From positions 1-43,399 of the forward strand of contig JAVHRC010000073.1 in assembly GCA_036171435.1 (NCBI GenBank): a DNA stretch of 43,399 bases, written 5' to 3'. The notes below the pieces were generated by a model, which did not search any database, had not been told where the DNA came from, and saw only the letters and a list, made by a program, of their open reading frames with translations. Source of the stretch: Candidatus Aenigmatarchaeota archaeon (GTDB taxonomy: Archaea > Aenigmatarchaeota > Aenigmatarchaeia > Aenigmatarchaeales > DAIDAN01). The translations under genes and the position numbers were made by a program. Positions 1 to 9,633 of this stretch are shown in pieces. The stretch's first letter is position 1, and each line of letters begins with the position of its first letter.

Positions 1-51
1 CCTGATTTCCTTCAGAATGAGCGGATTCAGTTCCATTTCCTCGAATTTCAT
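1..51 (-). CDS. 5' end of a CDS running off the window, possibly a DEAD-box RNA helicase
   Basis: The reverse strand has ATG at 51..49 followed by MKFEEMELNPLILKEIR. This resembles the F-x-E-L-x-L...L segment preceding the Q-motif of DEAD-box helicases. Only 17 codons are visible. Confidence 0.3.
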   Translation of the reverse strand, partial: MKFEEMELNPLILKEIR

Positions 52-100
52 ATTTTGCGCCTTTTATTGTCTTTCTGCTGCAGTTTATTCTATTTTCAAT

Positions 101-120
101 CTTTAAAAGGGCGGTTGGTT
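101..120. promoter_or_regulatory. Copy A of a shared TATA-like plus GC-rich motif (CTTTAAAAGGGCGGTTGGTT)
   Basis: Matches 2449..2467 with one indel and one mismatch. It lies about 50 nt upstream of the reverse-strand ATG at 51. Confidence 0.3.
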
Positions 121-178
121 GAATGACAAAGAAGAATAAGGAAAAATATTTAACAAAACCGAGGAAGAAAGTGTAGAA

Positions 179-442
179 TCATTCTTTCATTTCTTTTATT
201 TTGTTCAAAACATTTTTACCTAAAGCTGTTATTCTATAATATTTTTCCACCCTTTCCTTTGGCGTTAGACATTCCGCAAGACCTTTTTCTGTTAGCTCTT
301 TCAAGGCTCTCGAAACATGGGTAAGATACAGCCCTGTTTCTTTGGATAACTGGCTCGGCGTGATAGGCTTTTCCAATGCCGAAAGAATCTTCTTTCTCTG
401 CTGGCTCCTGTTCACAAAAGATACTAGTTCCCATTTTACCAT
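179..442 (-). CDS. Small winged-helix DNA-binding protein (ArsR/MarR-like transcriptional regulator)
   Basis: 87-aa ORF. The segment RKKILSALEKPITPSQLSKETGLYLTHVSRALKELTEKGL is a typical wHTH recognition region, followed by a wing (YYRITALG). Confidence 0.65.
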   Translation of the reverse strand: MVKWELVSFVNRSQQRKKILSALEKPITPSQLSKETGLYLTHVSRALKELTEKGLAECLTPKERVEKYYRITALGKNVLNKIKEMKE

Positions 443-562
443 AAATTAGGTTTTTAGAACCTAATTGTTAATCATATATGACCAGACTATTACCAACATT
501 CAGATATGTATTTATAAATGTGAAATCGTAAGTAAATTATAAGAGCAAGATGAGGTTATGGT

Positions 563-1504
563 ATGGCAAAAGTCAAGAATACTATTCTTTTATTTTTCTT
601 ATTTGTGATTGTAATATTTTCAGGCTGCGTGAGCCAATCAGAAAAAATGACACCGCAAACTATGCCAAATTCTTCTGAAATGCCGATTGTTAACAATGTT
701 ATTGAGGAAAAATGCGAGCCAATTTGGAGATGTTCGGAATGGGGCGAATGCTCTAAAAACGGTTTTCAAACAAGAACCTGCAACGATACTAACAATTGTA
801 ATGAATCTAAACCATTAATAATGCAAAGCTGCAATTATATATCAAAAATAGGAGATTTTATAGAACAAAACTCTATTAAAATAACACTGATGTCAGCAAG
901 GGTGGAAAATCATATAGGAGAGTTTAATATCTATACAGGATATGATTATCTTCCGGACGAAGGATATAAATTTCTGATTGTTAAAGTTTCTGCGAAAAAT
1001 GATGCGCAAAAATCTAAATACATCTCTTTTGGAATGATTACGGATTCAAATAAAAACCAATATGAAGATAATATCGCATCATCTTCCCTTGAAGATAAGT
1101 TCGAAATAAAAGAATTGCTGCCTAACGTGAAAGAAGAAGGGGAAATAGCGTTTGAAGTGCCTATTAACGAAACTTCTTTTAGATTTATATATCCCTTTAA
1201 CAGCTATGCTGGAGAATATGGAGAATGGGAAATAAACATAGGAGATAAAATATCAAGCTTACATTGCGGAAAAGAGAAAGAATTACCATGCTCTGGAAAA
1301 TGTTATTATCTTTTTGAGGTAGTTAATGGAACATGCACGAGAGAATGTGGTTATATTCAGGTAAGGATTGATGGAAATTGTATTGATTGTGGCGGTCTTA
1401 ACCAGCCATGTTGCGAAGGAGTAGAATGTTTTGGAATGAGAAAATGCGATAATAATAAATGTAGAGATTGCACTTTTGAGGAAATAATACAGAAACTTTG
1501 TTAA
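563..1504 (+). CDS. Secreted or lipobox-anchored Cys-rich protein with a DUF4352-like Ig-fold core
   Basis: N-terminal hydrophobic segment ending in FSGC (lipobox-like). A Trp/Cys motif (CEPIWRCSEWGECSKNGFQTRTCNDTNNC) follows. The central segment KFLIVKVSAKND...GEIAFEVP resembles DUF4352. The C-terminal module is Cys-rich. Confidence 0.55.
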   Translation: MAKVKNTILLFFLFVIVIFSGCVSQSEKMTPQTMPNSSEMPIVNNVIEEKCEPIWRCSEWGECSKNGFQTRTCNDTNNCNESKPLIMQSCNYISKIGDFIEQNSIKITLMSARVENHIGEFNIYTGYDYLPDEGYKFLIVKVSAKNDAQKSKYISFGMITDSNKNQYEDNIASSSLEDKFEIKELLPNVKEEGEIAFEVPINETSFRFIYPFNSYAGEYGEWEINIGDKISSLHCGKEKELPCSGKCYYLFEVVNGTCTRECGYIQVRIDGNCIDCGGLNQPCCEGVECFGMRKCDNNKCRDCTFEEIIQKLC

Positions 1505-1772
1505 CATGTTGCGACACACATAGAACGAGACACTTTCCGCCCACTATAAAGAGACTATTTTTACAAGCTTTTTCTTGTGCCATATCCTGTATAGAGCTTT
1601 TGTAATGAACCAAATCATGTTCGGCAAAACAATTATGATGTTTTTATTACACCTTATTACTCAAAAATATATTAGGAAAAACTTTTGTCATAACTCTTAT
1701 AACAAAAGCAAAAACAAACTTTAAATACTATACATTTCATTATATACATAAAATGTATACAGGTGAGTGTAA

Positions 1773-2339
1773 ATGAAATTAAGTGATTTGGATTTTGTTA
1801 ACATGTCGGTATTAGAAATTGAAGCTGTTTTCAAAAAGAATGGTGTTAAGTACAAAGATGGTAGTGTTGAGCTTCTCAAAGATGACCCGCGGCTGGTCAT
1901 CATTTATCGAAGCCGTGAGGATGAAGGTATTGGAGGACAGAGAGCCTTGTTTGCCACATGGGGCAACTTTGATCCTGATTGGGATATTGATAATAAACTG
2001 GAGGTGGCTATCTTACCCACTTTCCGCTGTAAGCGTTGTGAACACAGGTGGCATGCCAAAGCAGACAAGAAACCGATAACTTGTCCACGATGTCGTTCGC
2101 CTTATTGGGACACATGGCGAATTCAGAAAGTAATCAAAGAAGAACTGGAGCATATTCCACGTGGCAATTTCGCACAGAATATGTTAAGAGAATATTACAC
2201 TGTATTCCGGATGAATTCATTAGGAAAGAAAGCCAAAATGATAATGAGTGCTAAAGAAGTGCTGCAAAAAAGTATGGTGGCTTTGAAAAAAAGTTATACA
2301 GACTTTGATCCTCAGTATGACAAAGAGTTCTTCTCTTAA
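1773..2339 (+). CDS. Hypothetical protein with an internal zinc ribbon
   Basis: 188-aa ORF in an AT-rich patch. It carries CKRCEHRW...CPRCRSPYW (CxxC-x17-CxxC). No family was recognised. Confidence 0.45.
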   Translation: MKLSDLDFVNMSVLEIEAVFKKNGVKYKDGSVELLKDDPRLVIIYRSREDEGIGGQRALFATWGNFDPDWDIDNKLEVAILPTFRCKRCEHRWHAKADKKPITCPRCRSPYWDTWRIQKVIKEELEHIPRGNFAQNMLREYYTVFRMNSLGKKAKMIMSAKEVLQKSMVALKKSYTDFDPQYDKEFFS

Positions 2340-2448
2340 CACGTCCGATTTCCGCAAGCTTTAAATATACTCACATATACATATACTTTTACAATCAATA
2401 ATTTCTAGAAACAATATGGAATGAAACAGAGAAACTCTAATTTTGACG

Positions 2449-2467
2449 CTTTAAGGGCGGTCGGTTT
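2449..2467. promoter_or_regulatory. Copy B of the shared motif (CTTTAAGGGCGGTCGGTT) upstream of the thermosome gene
   Basis: Near-identical to 101..120. It is embedded between inverted 8-mers TGGAATGA (2417..2424) and TCATTCCA (2475..2482), about 75 nt upstream of the thermosome ATG. Confidence 0.3.
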
Positions 2468-2528
2468 TTTCAACTCATTCCATACTTTCGAATTAAAAAC
2501 AAAAAAATAAAAAACAACAGGTGATATC

Positions 2529-4187
2529 ATGAACGGACAAGGACAAATGGGAGGGCAGAATATATTCGTGCTGCCGGAAGGGACTTTGAGGACTTTGGGA
2601 AGGAACGCACAGCACGCGAACATCGCCGCTGCGAAAGCCGTTGCTGACGCAGTCCGCACAACGCTCGGCCCGAAGGGAATGGACAAGATGTTAGTTGATT
2701 CAATGGGCGACGTTGTGATAACAAACGACGGGGTAACAATTCTTGAGGAAATGGAAATAGAACACCCGGCGGCAAAAATGATGGTTGAGGTTGCAAAGAC
2801 GCAGGAAGAAGAGGTTGGAGACGGGACAACAACAGCCGCAGTTCTTGCTGGAGAACTTCTGAAAAAGGCGGAAGTGTTGCTTGACCAGAACGTGCATTCA
2901 ACCGTGATAACGAAAGGTTTCAGGCTTGCAAAGGAAAAGGCGCTTGAGCTCATGAACAGCATTTCAAAGGAGATAAAGCCGAGCGACAGCAGCACGCTGA
3001 AAAAAATAGCAATAACCGCGATGACAGGAAAAAGTGCTGAGCGCGCAAGCGAGCATCTCGCGGACATAGCAGTGCAGGCAGTGAAAATGGTCATGGACGA
3101 GGAGAACGGCAAGATAGAGGTTGACACGGACAACATACAAATCGAGAAGAAGCACGGAGGAAGCATCGAAGACACTGAATTGATAAAAGGAATAGTCATA
3201 GACAAGGAAGTTGTGCATCCTGGAATGCCAAAACATTTGAAGGACGCGAGAATCGCGCTCGTGGATTCAGCCCTTGAAGTAAAAGAAACTGAGACTGACG
3301 CGGAGATAAGGATAACTTCGCCGGAACAGATGCAGGCATTCATAGAGCAGGAGGAAAAAATGCTGAGAGACATGGTGGAAAAGGTCGCGGCAAGCGGAGC
3401 GAACGTCTTGCTCTGCCAGAAAGGCATTGACGACATAGCGCAGCACTATCTTGCGAAGAAGGGAATAATGTCCGCAAGACGCGTGAAAAAATCCGACATG
3501 GAAAAACTCGCTCGCGCAACAAAGGGCAGGATTGTGACAAGCCTGAAGGACATTTCAAAAGAAGACTTGGGATTCGCTGCGATTGTAGAAGAGAAAAAGA
3601 TAGCGGGAGAGCAGATGATTTTCGTTCGCGAGTGCAAGGACCCGAAAGCTGTTTCAATACTCATCCGCGGCGGAACAGAGCACGTGATTGAAGAGGTAAA
3701 AAGGGCAATGGACGACGCAGTCGGCGGTGTCGCGTCCTCGCTTGAAGTTGGGAAAGTTGTCGCGGGAGGCGGAGCTCCTGAAGCTGCAGTTGCAAAAGGC
3801 TTGCGCGAGTTTTCCCAGAAATATTCGGGAAGGGAGCAACTTGCAATACAGGCGTTCGCTGAAGCGCTTGAAGTAATACCAAGGTCGCTTGCGGAGAACG
3901 CAGGGCTTGACCCGATAGACATTCTTGTGGCTTTGCGCGTAGCGCACGACAGCGGAAAAACGACGGCGGGCGTTGACGTGTTTTCCGGAAAAGTGATAGA
4001 TATGTGGGAAGCCGGAGTGATCGAGCCGCTAAAAATAAAGACGCAGGCAATCAAGTCAGCGTCAGAGGCTGCGGAAATGATTTTGAGAATAGATGACATA
4101 ATTTCCGCGGGCAAGCTCTCGCACGGCGGCGGAGGAATGCCGGGCGGAATGCCTCCCGGAATGGGCGGTATGGAAGGGATGGAGTAA
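2529..4187 (+). CDS. ths: Thermosome subunit (group II chaperonin)
   Basis: 552 aa with [65 protein letters not shown] and a Gly/Met-rich C-terminal tail ([20 protein letters not shown]). GGTGA lies 5 nt upstream of the ATG. Confidence 0.97.
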   Translation: MNGQGQMGGQNIFVLPEGTLRTLGRNAQHANIAAAKAVADAVRTTLGPKGMDKMLVDSMGDVVITNDGVTILEEMEIEHPAAKMMVEVAKTQEEEVGDGTTTAAVLAGELLKKAEVLLDQNVHSTVITKGFRLAKEKALELMNSISKEIKPSDSSTLKKIAITAMTGKSAERASEHLADIAVQAVKMVMDEENGKIEVDTDNIQIEKKHGGSIEDTELIKGIVIDKEVVHPGMPKHLKDARIALVDSALEVKETETDAEIRITSPEQMQAFIEQEEKMLRDMVEKVAASGANVLLCQKGIDDIAQHYLAKKGIMSARRVKKSDMEKLARATKGRIVTSLKDISKEDLGFAAIVEEKKIAGEQMIFVRECKDPKAVSILIRGGTEHVIEEVKRAMDDAVGGVASSLEVGKVVAGGGAPEAAVAKGLREFSQKYSGREQLAIQAFAEALEVIPRSLAENAGLDPIDILVALRVAHDSGKTTAGVDVFSGKVIDMWEAGVIEPLKIKTQAIKSASEAAEMILRIDDIISAGKLSHGGGGMPGGMPPGMGGMEGME

Positions 4188-4195
4188 TTTGCTTA

Positions 4196-4230
4196 AGGAA
4201 GGGCAAAGCCCCTTCCTATTTTCTTTTTCT
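4196..4230 (+). terminator. Hairpin plus T-rich tract after the thermosome gene
   Basis: AGGAAGGGC-AAA-GCCCCTTCCT stem with one bulged C, followed by ATTTTCTTTTTCT. Confidence 0.45.
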
Positions 4231-4417
4231 CGGTTCAGTTTTTGTTTTGCATCCAGAATCTTAATTGCGCATTATTTCCAAGTTTCTTTTCGGTTCCGCA
4301 GATTTCCCTGCCAAAGATTTATATAGCGGCATAACGAACTTAATGATAATACATTTTTAGCAGGGGATTCTTATCGAAGAAGTTGAATTAGAGGACAAGG
4401 GAGGAGATGACATTGAG

Positions 4418-4891
4418 ATGATTCAGGTCTCGCCAGTGCGAAGGTTGGAAGGGCGCATAAGGCAGCTTGAACAGGCATCCGCTTATTCCGGATTGCCGCA
4501 ACTTCAGGGTTTGATAACGCAGATAATCGAGCTTGTGAAAGGCAACCAGAAAATAGTTGACGAGGTTATAAAAGCAAACTCGGAGCTAAGAAACGAGCTT
4601 GGCAGACTGCCCTCCAAAATAGACGAACTCATATTTCAGATGAAAAGCTTCATGAACATTATCAGGATGGCAGGCGAAGAAAGCTCGGTTTCAATCCCTC
4701 CCGAGATGATGAATCCTGTGACGGATCAGCTCCAAAAAATATCAGACCAGAACATTAAGGTATTGGAGAGCAACCAGGAAGTGATAGGCTCGCTGGAAGA
4801 GCTGAACAAAAAAATCAAGTCGGGAACGCCGGTGTCGCAACTGCTTTCAGCATATCCGAGAATCAACATAAGAAGTCTGCAAAAGCAATAA
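4418..4891 (+). CDS. Hypothetical coiled-coil protein heading the pilus locus
   Basis: 157-aa ORF with heptad-like Leu/Ile/Glu/Gln-rich sequence. It has the same orientation as the pilin and ATPase genes and lies immediately upstream of them. Confidence 0.45.
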   Translation: MIQVSPVRRLEGRIRQLEQASAYSGLPQLQGLITQIIELVKGNQKIVDEVIKANSELRNELGRLPSKIDELIFQMKSFMNIIRMAGEESSVSIPPEMMNPVTDQLQKISDQNIKVLESNQEVIGSLEELNKKIKSGTPVSQLLSAYPRINIRSLQKQ

Positions 4892-4946
4892 ATGCCGCAT
4901 GCAATTGAAATGTACTAAATCACATTTTCTTTAATATGGGGATTAA

Positions 4947-5369
4947 ATGAAAGGAGTATCAACCATCATAGCCGTTATTTTGCTTCTGATGATAACCGTT
5001 GCGCTAATGTCATTATTCTGGGGTTTCTCCACGGGAATGTTTGGCTCCATCACAGCCGGAGTGGGCAGGCAGACGGATATGGCCATAACAAGGGCAGGCA
5101 CAGCATTTACCATAATCAACGCAAGAAACACTTCTCTTACAAGCATAGATGTTACAATCAGAAACGATGGAACACAGAATATGGACTTAGGCACTCTTGT
5201 CGCATTTGTTGACGATAACAAAGCTTCCGAAACAGCTTCCGCCACGCTTTTTCCCGGCGGCAGCGCAAATTTTACAGTTGTCTCGCCGGTTTCAATGTCA
5301 AAATGCAACCACGTGCTCAGGCTTTCTGTTGCTTATGCGTCTGACATATATTACACAATAAAATGTTGA
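4947..5369 (+). CDS. Archaeal type IV pilin-like protein (class III signal peptide)
   Basis: The N-terminus MKG/VSTIIAVILLLMITVALM is the KG-(V/Q) prepilin peptidase site plus hydrophobic helix typical of the archaeal pilin N-terminal domain. Confidence 0.7.
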   Translation: MKGVSTIIAVILLLMITVALMSLFWGFSTGMFGSITAGVGRQTDMAITRAGTAFTIINARNTSLTSIDVTIRNDGTQNMDLGTLVAFVDDNKASETASATLFPGGSANFTVVSPVSMSKCNHVLRLSVAYASDIYYTIKC

Positions 5370-5486
5370 CGGTTAGAATCTAATTCACATTTATTGATAT
5401 GTTCTGGAACCACTGTATCAAATAACCAAAATAAGGCAGATAATTTAAAAGAAAAGTTAATAACACAGCAATGCCATTATTAACCT

Positions 5487-5909
5487 ATGAAGGGACAATA
5501 CATAACTCTTGAAAACATGTTCTTTTTTGCAGTTGGAATTGCCATGGTAATTGCGATATATGCGGTTTTTTCCAACATATCCGACAGCGTGCGCTCCGCA
5601 GCCCTGCAAGACCAGCTGGAAAAGGAAGGGGAAAACATCCGTTCTGGAATAGTAAAAACTTTCATGGCAGGCAATTCCACAAATTCTACCATAACTCTTT
5701 CCATGGAAATTCCCAGACAATTATCAGGCTGCAACTATAAGATAACCGCGGATGCGAAAAGCCTTTATATGAACTGCGCGGATGAATCAATAAGTTCAAA
5801 CGCCATAAATTTATATGGAATTGAAACAAGAATTAAGAACGGCGCTGCGTATGGCAGCTCGGGAAAAATAGATATTTTCTACTCGGGCGGAAATGTTCTA
5901 ATAAGCTGA
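5487..5909 (+). CDS. Type IV pilin-like protein (class III signal peptide)
   Basis: The N-terminus MKG/QYITLENMFFFAVGIAMVIAIYAVF has a KGQ cleavage-type motif followed by a hydrophobic helix. Confidence 0.6.
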   Translation: MKGQYITLENMFFFAVGIAMVIAIYAVFSNISDSVRSAALQDQLEKEGENIRSGIVKTFMAGNSTNSTITLSMEIPRQLSGCNYKITADAKSLYMNCADESISSNAINLYGIETRIKNGAAYGSSGKIDIFYSGGNVLIS

Positions 5910-5919
5910 AGGTGATTGA

Positions 5920-7704
5920 TTGAAAGATATGAAAATAACGCTTAAAAGAAAAGAGAATAAAATAAGCCTTTCAAAGGTTTTCAGAAAAGCCGTGAAGGGA
6001 TATAAAATCATGTCCGCGGCAACAGCGGGCAAAGTCTCCGAATCCGGCGCCATGATGCCTGAGAATTTCTTGGAATTGTTGGCCAAAATGGGGTTTGGGT
6101 CGCAAAAATCAGAAAGCGAAAAAAAGGAACAGATAAAAGGCATTGAAATAACCGCGGCAGAAGAGATTAAAATAGCGGGGAAAAAAATCCATGAGGAAGA
6201 GGAAAAAAGGATGAGCATGACTTATCCGCTTATTCCGAAACACCCTTCCGCCAGCCAGAAGATATTCTCTTCCGCCAACATATTGTGGTCGGCAAAAGAA
6301 TCGTCCCTTGTCTATATTGTGTCGGAACCAAAACTGAACGACCAGGAAAAATTTCTTCTGGACAAGATAAAAAATTCGATCATAGAAAAATTTGACGTGG
6401 ACTTCACCAAGCTCAGGAAAGGCGAGGCGCACGCCTACCTTAGGAAAGGGTTTGAGGAAATCATCAGGCTTATGGCAAGCACCTTCCCGCTGGAAAGACA
6501 GCATGATATCCTGTATTTTGTGGAAAGGGATTTTATAGGGCTTGGCAAAATCGAGCCTCTTATGCAGGACCCGAACATCGAGGATATAAGCTGCGACGGC
6601 ATCCAGATACCCATATTCATTTATCACAGAAACCCGACCATTGGCACGCTTCGCACAAACATATTCTTTGAAAGCGCGGACGAGCTTGATTCGTTCACAA
6701 ACAAGCTTGCACAGCGCTGCGGAAAAACAATCTCGGTAGCCGCGCCTTTGGTGGACGCATCGCTCCCCGACGGCTCAAGAATACAGCTGACGCTGGGAAC
6801 GGACATAGCAAAACGCGGCAGCAATTTCACAATAAGAAAATTCACGGAAGAGCCGCTGTCCCCGATACATATGCTGAAGTTCGGGACTGCAGACCTGAAA
6901 ATACTCGCATATCTTTGGATGCTCACGGAATATGGAAAATCAACGCTTGTGGGTGGAGGCACGGCCACGGGAAAAACCACTCTTCTTAACGCGCTCTCGC
7001 TCTTCATCAAACCCGACCTGAAGATTGTCACTATAGAGGACACTTCCGAATTGAGGCTCCCGCACTCGCATTGGGTTCCGCAGGTTGCAAGGCAGCCCAT
7101 GGCAGAGGTCGGCGGCAGGAAGCTTGGAGAAGTTGACATGTTTGATTTGCTGAGGGAATCACTGAGGCAAAGACCTGATTTCATAATAGTGGGAGAAGTA
7201 AGAGGCAAGGAGGCTTACGTGCTTTTCCAGCAGATCGCGACAGGCCACCCCGGACTTGCAACCATACACGCGGACACAATTGAAAAGCTTGTGGACAGGC
7301 TGACCACTCCGCCAATAGAGCTGCCGCCCAGCCTTATAGAAAACCTTGACATCATAGTGTTTCTTGTAAGAATAAAATACGGCAACAAATACGTGAGAAG
7401 AATCTCGTCCATTCTCGAAGTCACGGGCTTTGACAGGAAGACTGACTCACCGCTGACAAACGAGGTTTTCAGGTGGAATCCTGTCGGAGACAAGTATGAT
7501 ACCGTGAACCCGAGCATTATACTGAGAAAGATATCCAACGCCTCGGGCGCAAGCGAAACTTCCATTCAGAAGGATATTGGCAAAAGGATAAAAATACTGA
7601 AATGGCTTTCAGATAAGAATTTCTCGGACTACAGGATATTCGCAAACGTCATGAAAATGTTTTACACGCAGCAGAACAGGCTTGATGAAATCATGGAAAG
7701 GTGA
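5920..7704 (+). CDS. Type IV pilus / archaellum-type assembly ATPase (FlaI/PilB/VirB11 superfamily)
   Basis: Walker A GGGTATGKTTLLNAL, Walker B DFIIVGEVRGKEA and His box GHPGLATIHAD. The ORF-track start is TTG at 5920 with GGTGA upstream; an alternative ATG is at 5929. Confidence 0.9.
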   Translation: MKDMKITLKRKENKISLSKVFRKAVKGYKIMSAATAGKVSESGAMMPENFLELLAKMGFGSQKSESEKKEQIKGIEITAAEEIKIAGKKIHEEEEKRMSMTYPLIPKHPSASQKIFSSANILWSAKESSLVYIVSEPKLNDQEKFLLDKIKNSIIEKFDVDFTKLRKGEAHAYLRKGFEEIIRLMASTFPLERQHDILYFVERDFIGLGKIEPLMQDPNIEDISCDGIQIPIFIYHRNPTIGTLRTNIFFESADELDSFTNKLAQRCGKTISVAAPLVDASLPDGSRIQLTLGTDIAKRGSNFTIRKFTEEPLSPIHMLKFGTADLKILAYLWMLTEYGKSTLVGGGTATGKTTLLNALSLFIKPDLKIVTIEDTSELRLPHSHWVPQVARQPMAEVGGRKLGEVDMFDLLRESLRQRPDFIIVGEVRGKEAYVLFQQIATGHPGLATIHADTIEKLVDRLTTPPIELPPSLIENLDIIVFLVRIKYGNKYVRRISSILEVTGFDRKTDSPLTNEVFRWNPVGDKYDTVNPSIILRKISNASGASETSIQKDIGKRIKILKWLSDKNFSDYRIFANVMKMFYTQQNRLDEIMER

Positions 7705-8585
7705 CGAATTTGTGGGACTCTTTAAAAAATGCCGCATTCAAGTTGTTTGGAAAATCTTTGGAGCCTTACATAGACTACTTCAGCAGCATCAAGCCCGACC
7801 TTGAGATGTCAAACATATCTCTGAGTCTTGCAGAATACGTTTATGTCATAATATTTGTGCCTTTTATCATTTTTGCGGCAGAGTTTCCGCTCCTTGCGCT
7901 TATCCTCAGCATACTGACGCACAATATGATTGTATCGTTTTTTCTTTCATTCACTTTGACAATTTTCATTTCATTGCTGGTATTTTTCATATTCTACTCA
8001 TACCCTTCCATGATTTCATCCGGAAGGAAAAAAAACATTGACGGAGCGCTTCCTTTTGCAACAACATACCTGGCTACGGTGGCGGGAAGCAGGGCGCCGC
8101 CTTTGACCATGTTTAAAGTGCTTTCGCAATTCAAGGAATACGGGGAAATAGCAAATGAAGCCAAGAAAATATACAGGGATGTTTCTGTGTTCGGCATGGA
8201 CTTGACGGCAGCCATAAGAAAAACCGCGTCAAGGACGCCGTCCATGCAGCTGAAGGAGCTGCTTTGGGGAATGACAAACGTCATGACAACGGGCAGCGAT
8301 ATGCCGACATTCCTCAGGGAAAAGTCAAGGGCTTTTATGCAGGAATACAGAAGAAAACTTGATGAATTCTCGCAAAAGCTGTCAACGATTATAGAAATTT
8401 ATCTTACGGTTCTGATAGTTGGCTCCATATTTTTCGTAATATTAAGCTCCATAATGTCACTTTTCAGCAGCGATATGAGCCTTACGCTTTCGTTCGCGCA
8501 GTTCGTTGTAATTTTTCTGGTGATGCCTGCGGTATCGGTCGGCTTTATAATGCTGTTAAAATCAATCTCGCCTTCAATGACATGA
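7701..8585 (+). CDS. Pilus platform membrane protein, single T2SS-F (FlaJ/TadB/TadC-like) domain
   Basis: Overlaps the ATPase stop by 4 nt. It is polytopic, with a cytoplasmic helical segment (PFATTYLATVAGSRAPPLTMFKVL...EYGEIANEAKKIYRDVSVFGMDLTAAIRK) typical of GspF/FlaJ repeats. Confidence 0.8.
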   Translation: MTNLWDSLKNAAFKLFGKSLEPYIDYFSSIKPDLEMSNISLSLAEYVYVIIFVPFIIFAAEFPLLALILSILTHNMIVSFFLSFTLTIFISLLVFFIFYSYPSMISSGRKKNIDGALPFATTYLATVAGSRAPPLTMFKVLSQFKEYGEIANEAKKIYRDVSVFGMDLTAAIRKTASRTPSMQLKELLWGMTNVMTTGSDMPTFLREKSRAFMQEYRRKLDEFSQKLSTIIEIYLTVLIVGSIFFVILSSIMSLFSSDMSLTLSFAQFVVIFLVMPAVSVGFIMLLKSISPSMT

Positions 8586-8645
8586 TATTAACAATAAAAT
8601 GGCAATAATGTAAGCAATATTGTATGCGAAATAAAAGGTAATTTT

Positions 8646-9614
8646 ATGAAAGAGTCTTCAGATAAAAGCAAGAAAGGGTTTTTTTCAAACCCCATGCATA
8701 TTACCCTGGTCATCGGAGGAATCTTTCTTCTGGTTGGGATTGTATTTTTTGGAAATGACGTCGGCTTGCTTGGAAATTTCGTCATAATATCAATGCTTAT
8801 CGGTTTCATGCCCTTCGTAATGGTTGCATACTTCAAACATGAAAGAATCAAGGCCGTGGAAGAACAGCTGCCTATCTTTTTGAGGGATTTAGCCGAGTCG
8901 CAGAAGGCTGGAACAAACCTGCCTGACGCGCTTAGATTCGCGACAAAAACCGATTACGGAAAGCTGTCAAACGAGATTAAAAAATTAAGCGACCAGCTTT
9001 CGTGGGGAATACCGCTGCAGGAAGTGCTCAACAGGTTTTCTGAAAGAATGAAGGGGTCTGAAATAATCACCAGGTCAATAAGAATAATCAATGAAGCCTA
9101 CAGCAGCGGCGGCGACATAGCCGACACAATGGAATCCATAGCAATAGACGTGAACATAATAAGGGAATCACAGAAGGAAAGAGCCAGCAGCATGACGCAG
9201 CACATAACCATAATGTACATAATTTATTTTGTGTTCATTTCCATAGTCATATCGCTTTCCAACACGCTTTTCCCGATGATGCAAATGAATTTCGGGACAG
9301 GCGGTTTTCTGGGCGTTTCAGGCGGGACGGGCGGGTTTACCAATCCCTGCGACGTCTGCACAGGCGGGAATTTAATGTGCGTTTCCTGTTCAACGTTCTC
9401 GGTGCTTTCCTTGATATTTTCCTTTGGCACGGGAGCCACAAGCTATTACAGGTCGCTCTTCTTTTCAATGATAATAATACAAGGAATTTTCAGCGGGCTG
9501 ATTGCGGGACAGATAAGCACAAACTCCGCAATAGGCGGGCTAAAGCACAGCCTGATACTAACGGCAGCCGGCTTTGGAATATTCATGATAGCATTCAGGC
9601 TTGGAATGGCCTAA
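8646..9614 (+). CDS. Second pilus platform membrane protein, single T2SS-F domain with a Gly/Cys-rich loop
   Basis: Carries a GspF-like cytoplasmic segment (LPIFLRDLAESQKAGTNLPDALRFA...WGIPLQEVLNRFSERM) and multiple TM helices. An unusual insert GTGGFLGVSGGTGGFTNPCDVCTGGNLMCVSC is present. Confidence 0.8.
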   Translation: MKESSDKSKKGFFSNPMHITLVIGGIFLLVGIVFFGNDVGLLGNFVIISMLIGFMPFVMVAYFKHERIKAVEEQLPIFLRDLAESQKAGTNLPDALRFATKTDYGKLSNEIKKLSDQLSWGIPLQEVLNRFSERMKGSEIITRSIRIINEAYSSGGDIADTMESIAIDVNIIRESQKERASSMTQHITIMYIIYFVFISIVISLSNTLFPMMQMNFGTGGFLGVSGGTGGFTNPCDVCTGGNLMCVSCSTFSVLSLIFSFGTGATSYYRSLFFSMIIIQGIFSGLIAGQISTNSAIGGLKHSLILTAAGFGIFMIAFRLGMA

Positions 9615-9633
9615 CTATGTGCAAAAATTATAG

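Noticed and set aside
2405-4114. Long antisense and alternative-frame ORFs across the thermosome gene (for example 2405..3436, 343 aa, and 3446..4114, 222 aa)
   Set aside because: Their translations are low-complexity Ser/Phe/Ala/Cys-rich and lack motifs. The sense frame is an unmistakable thermosome, so these are shadow ORFs.
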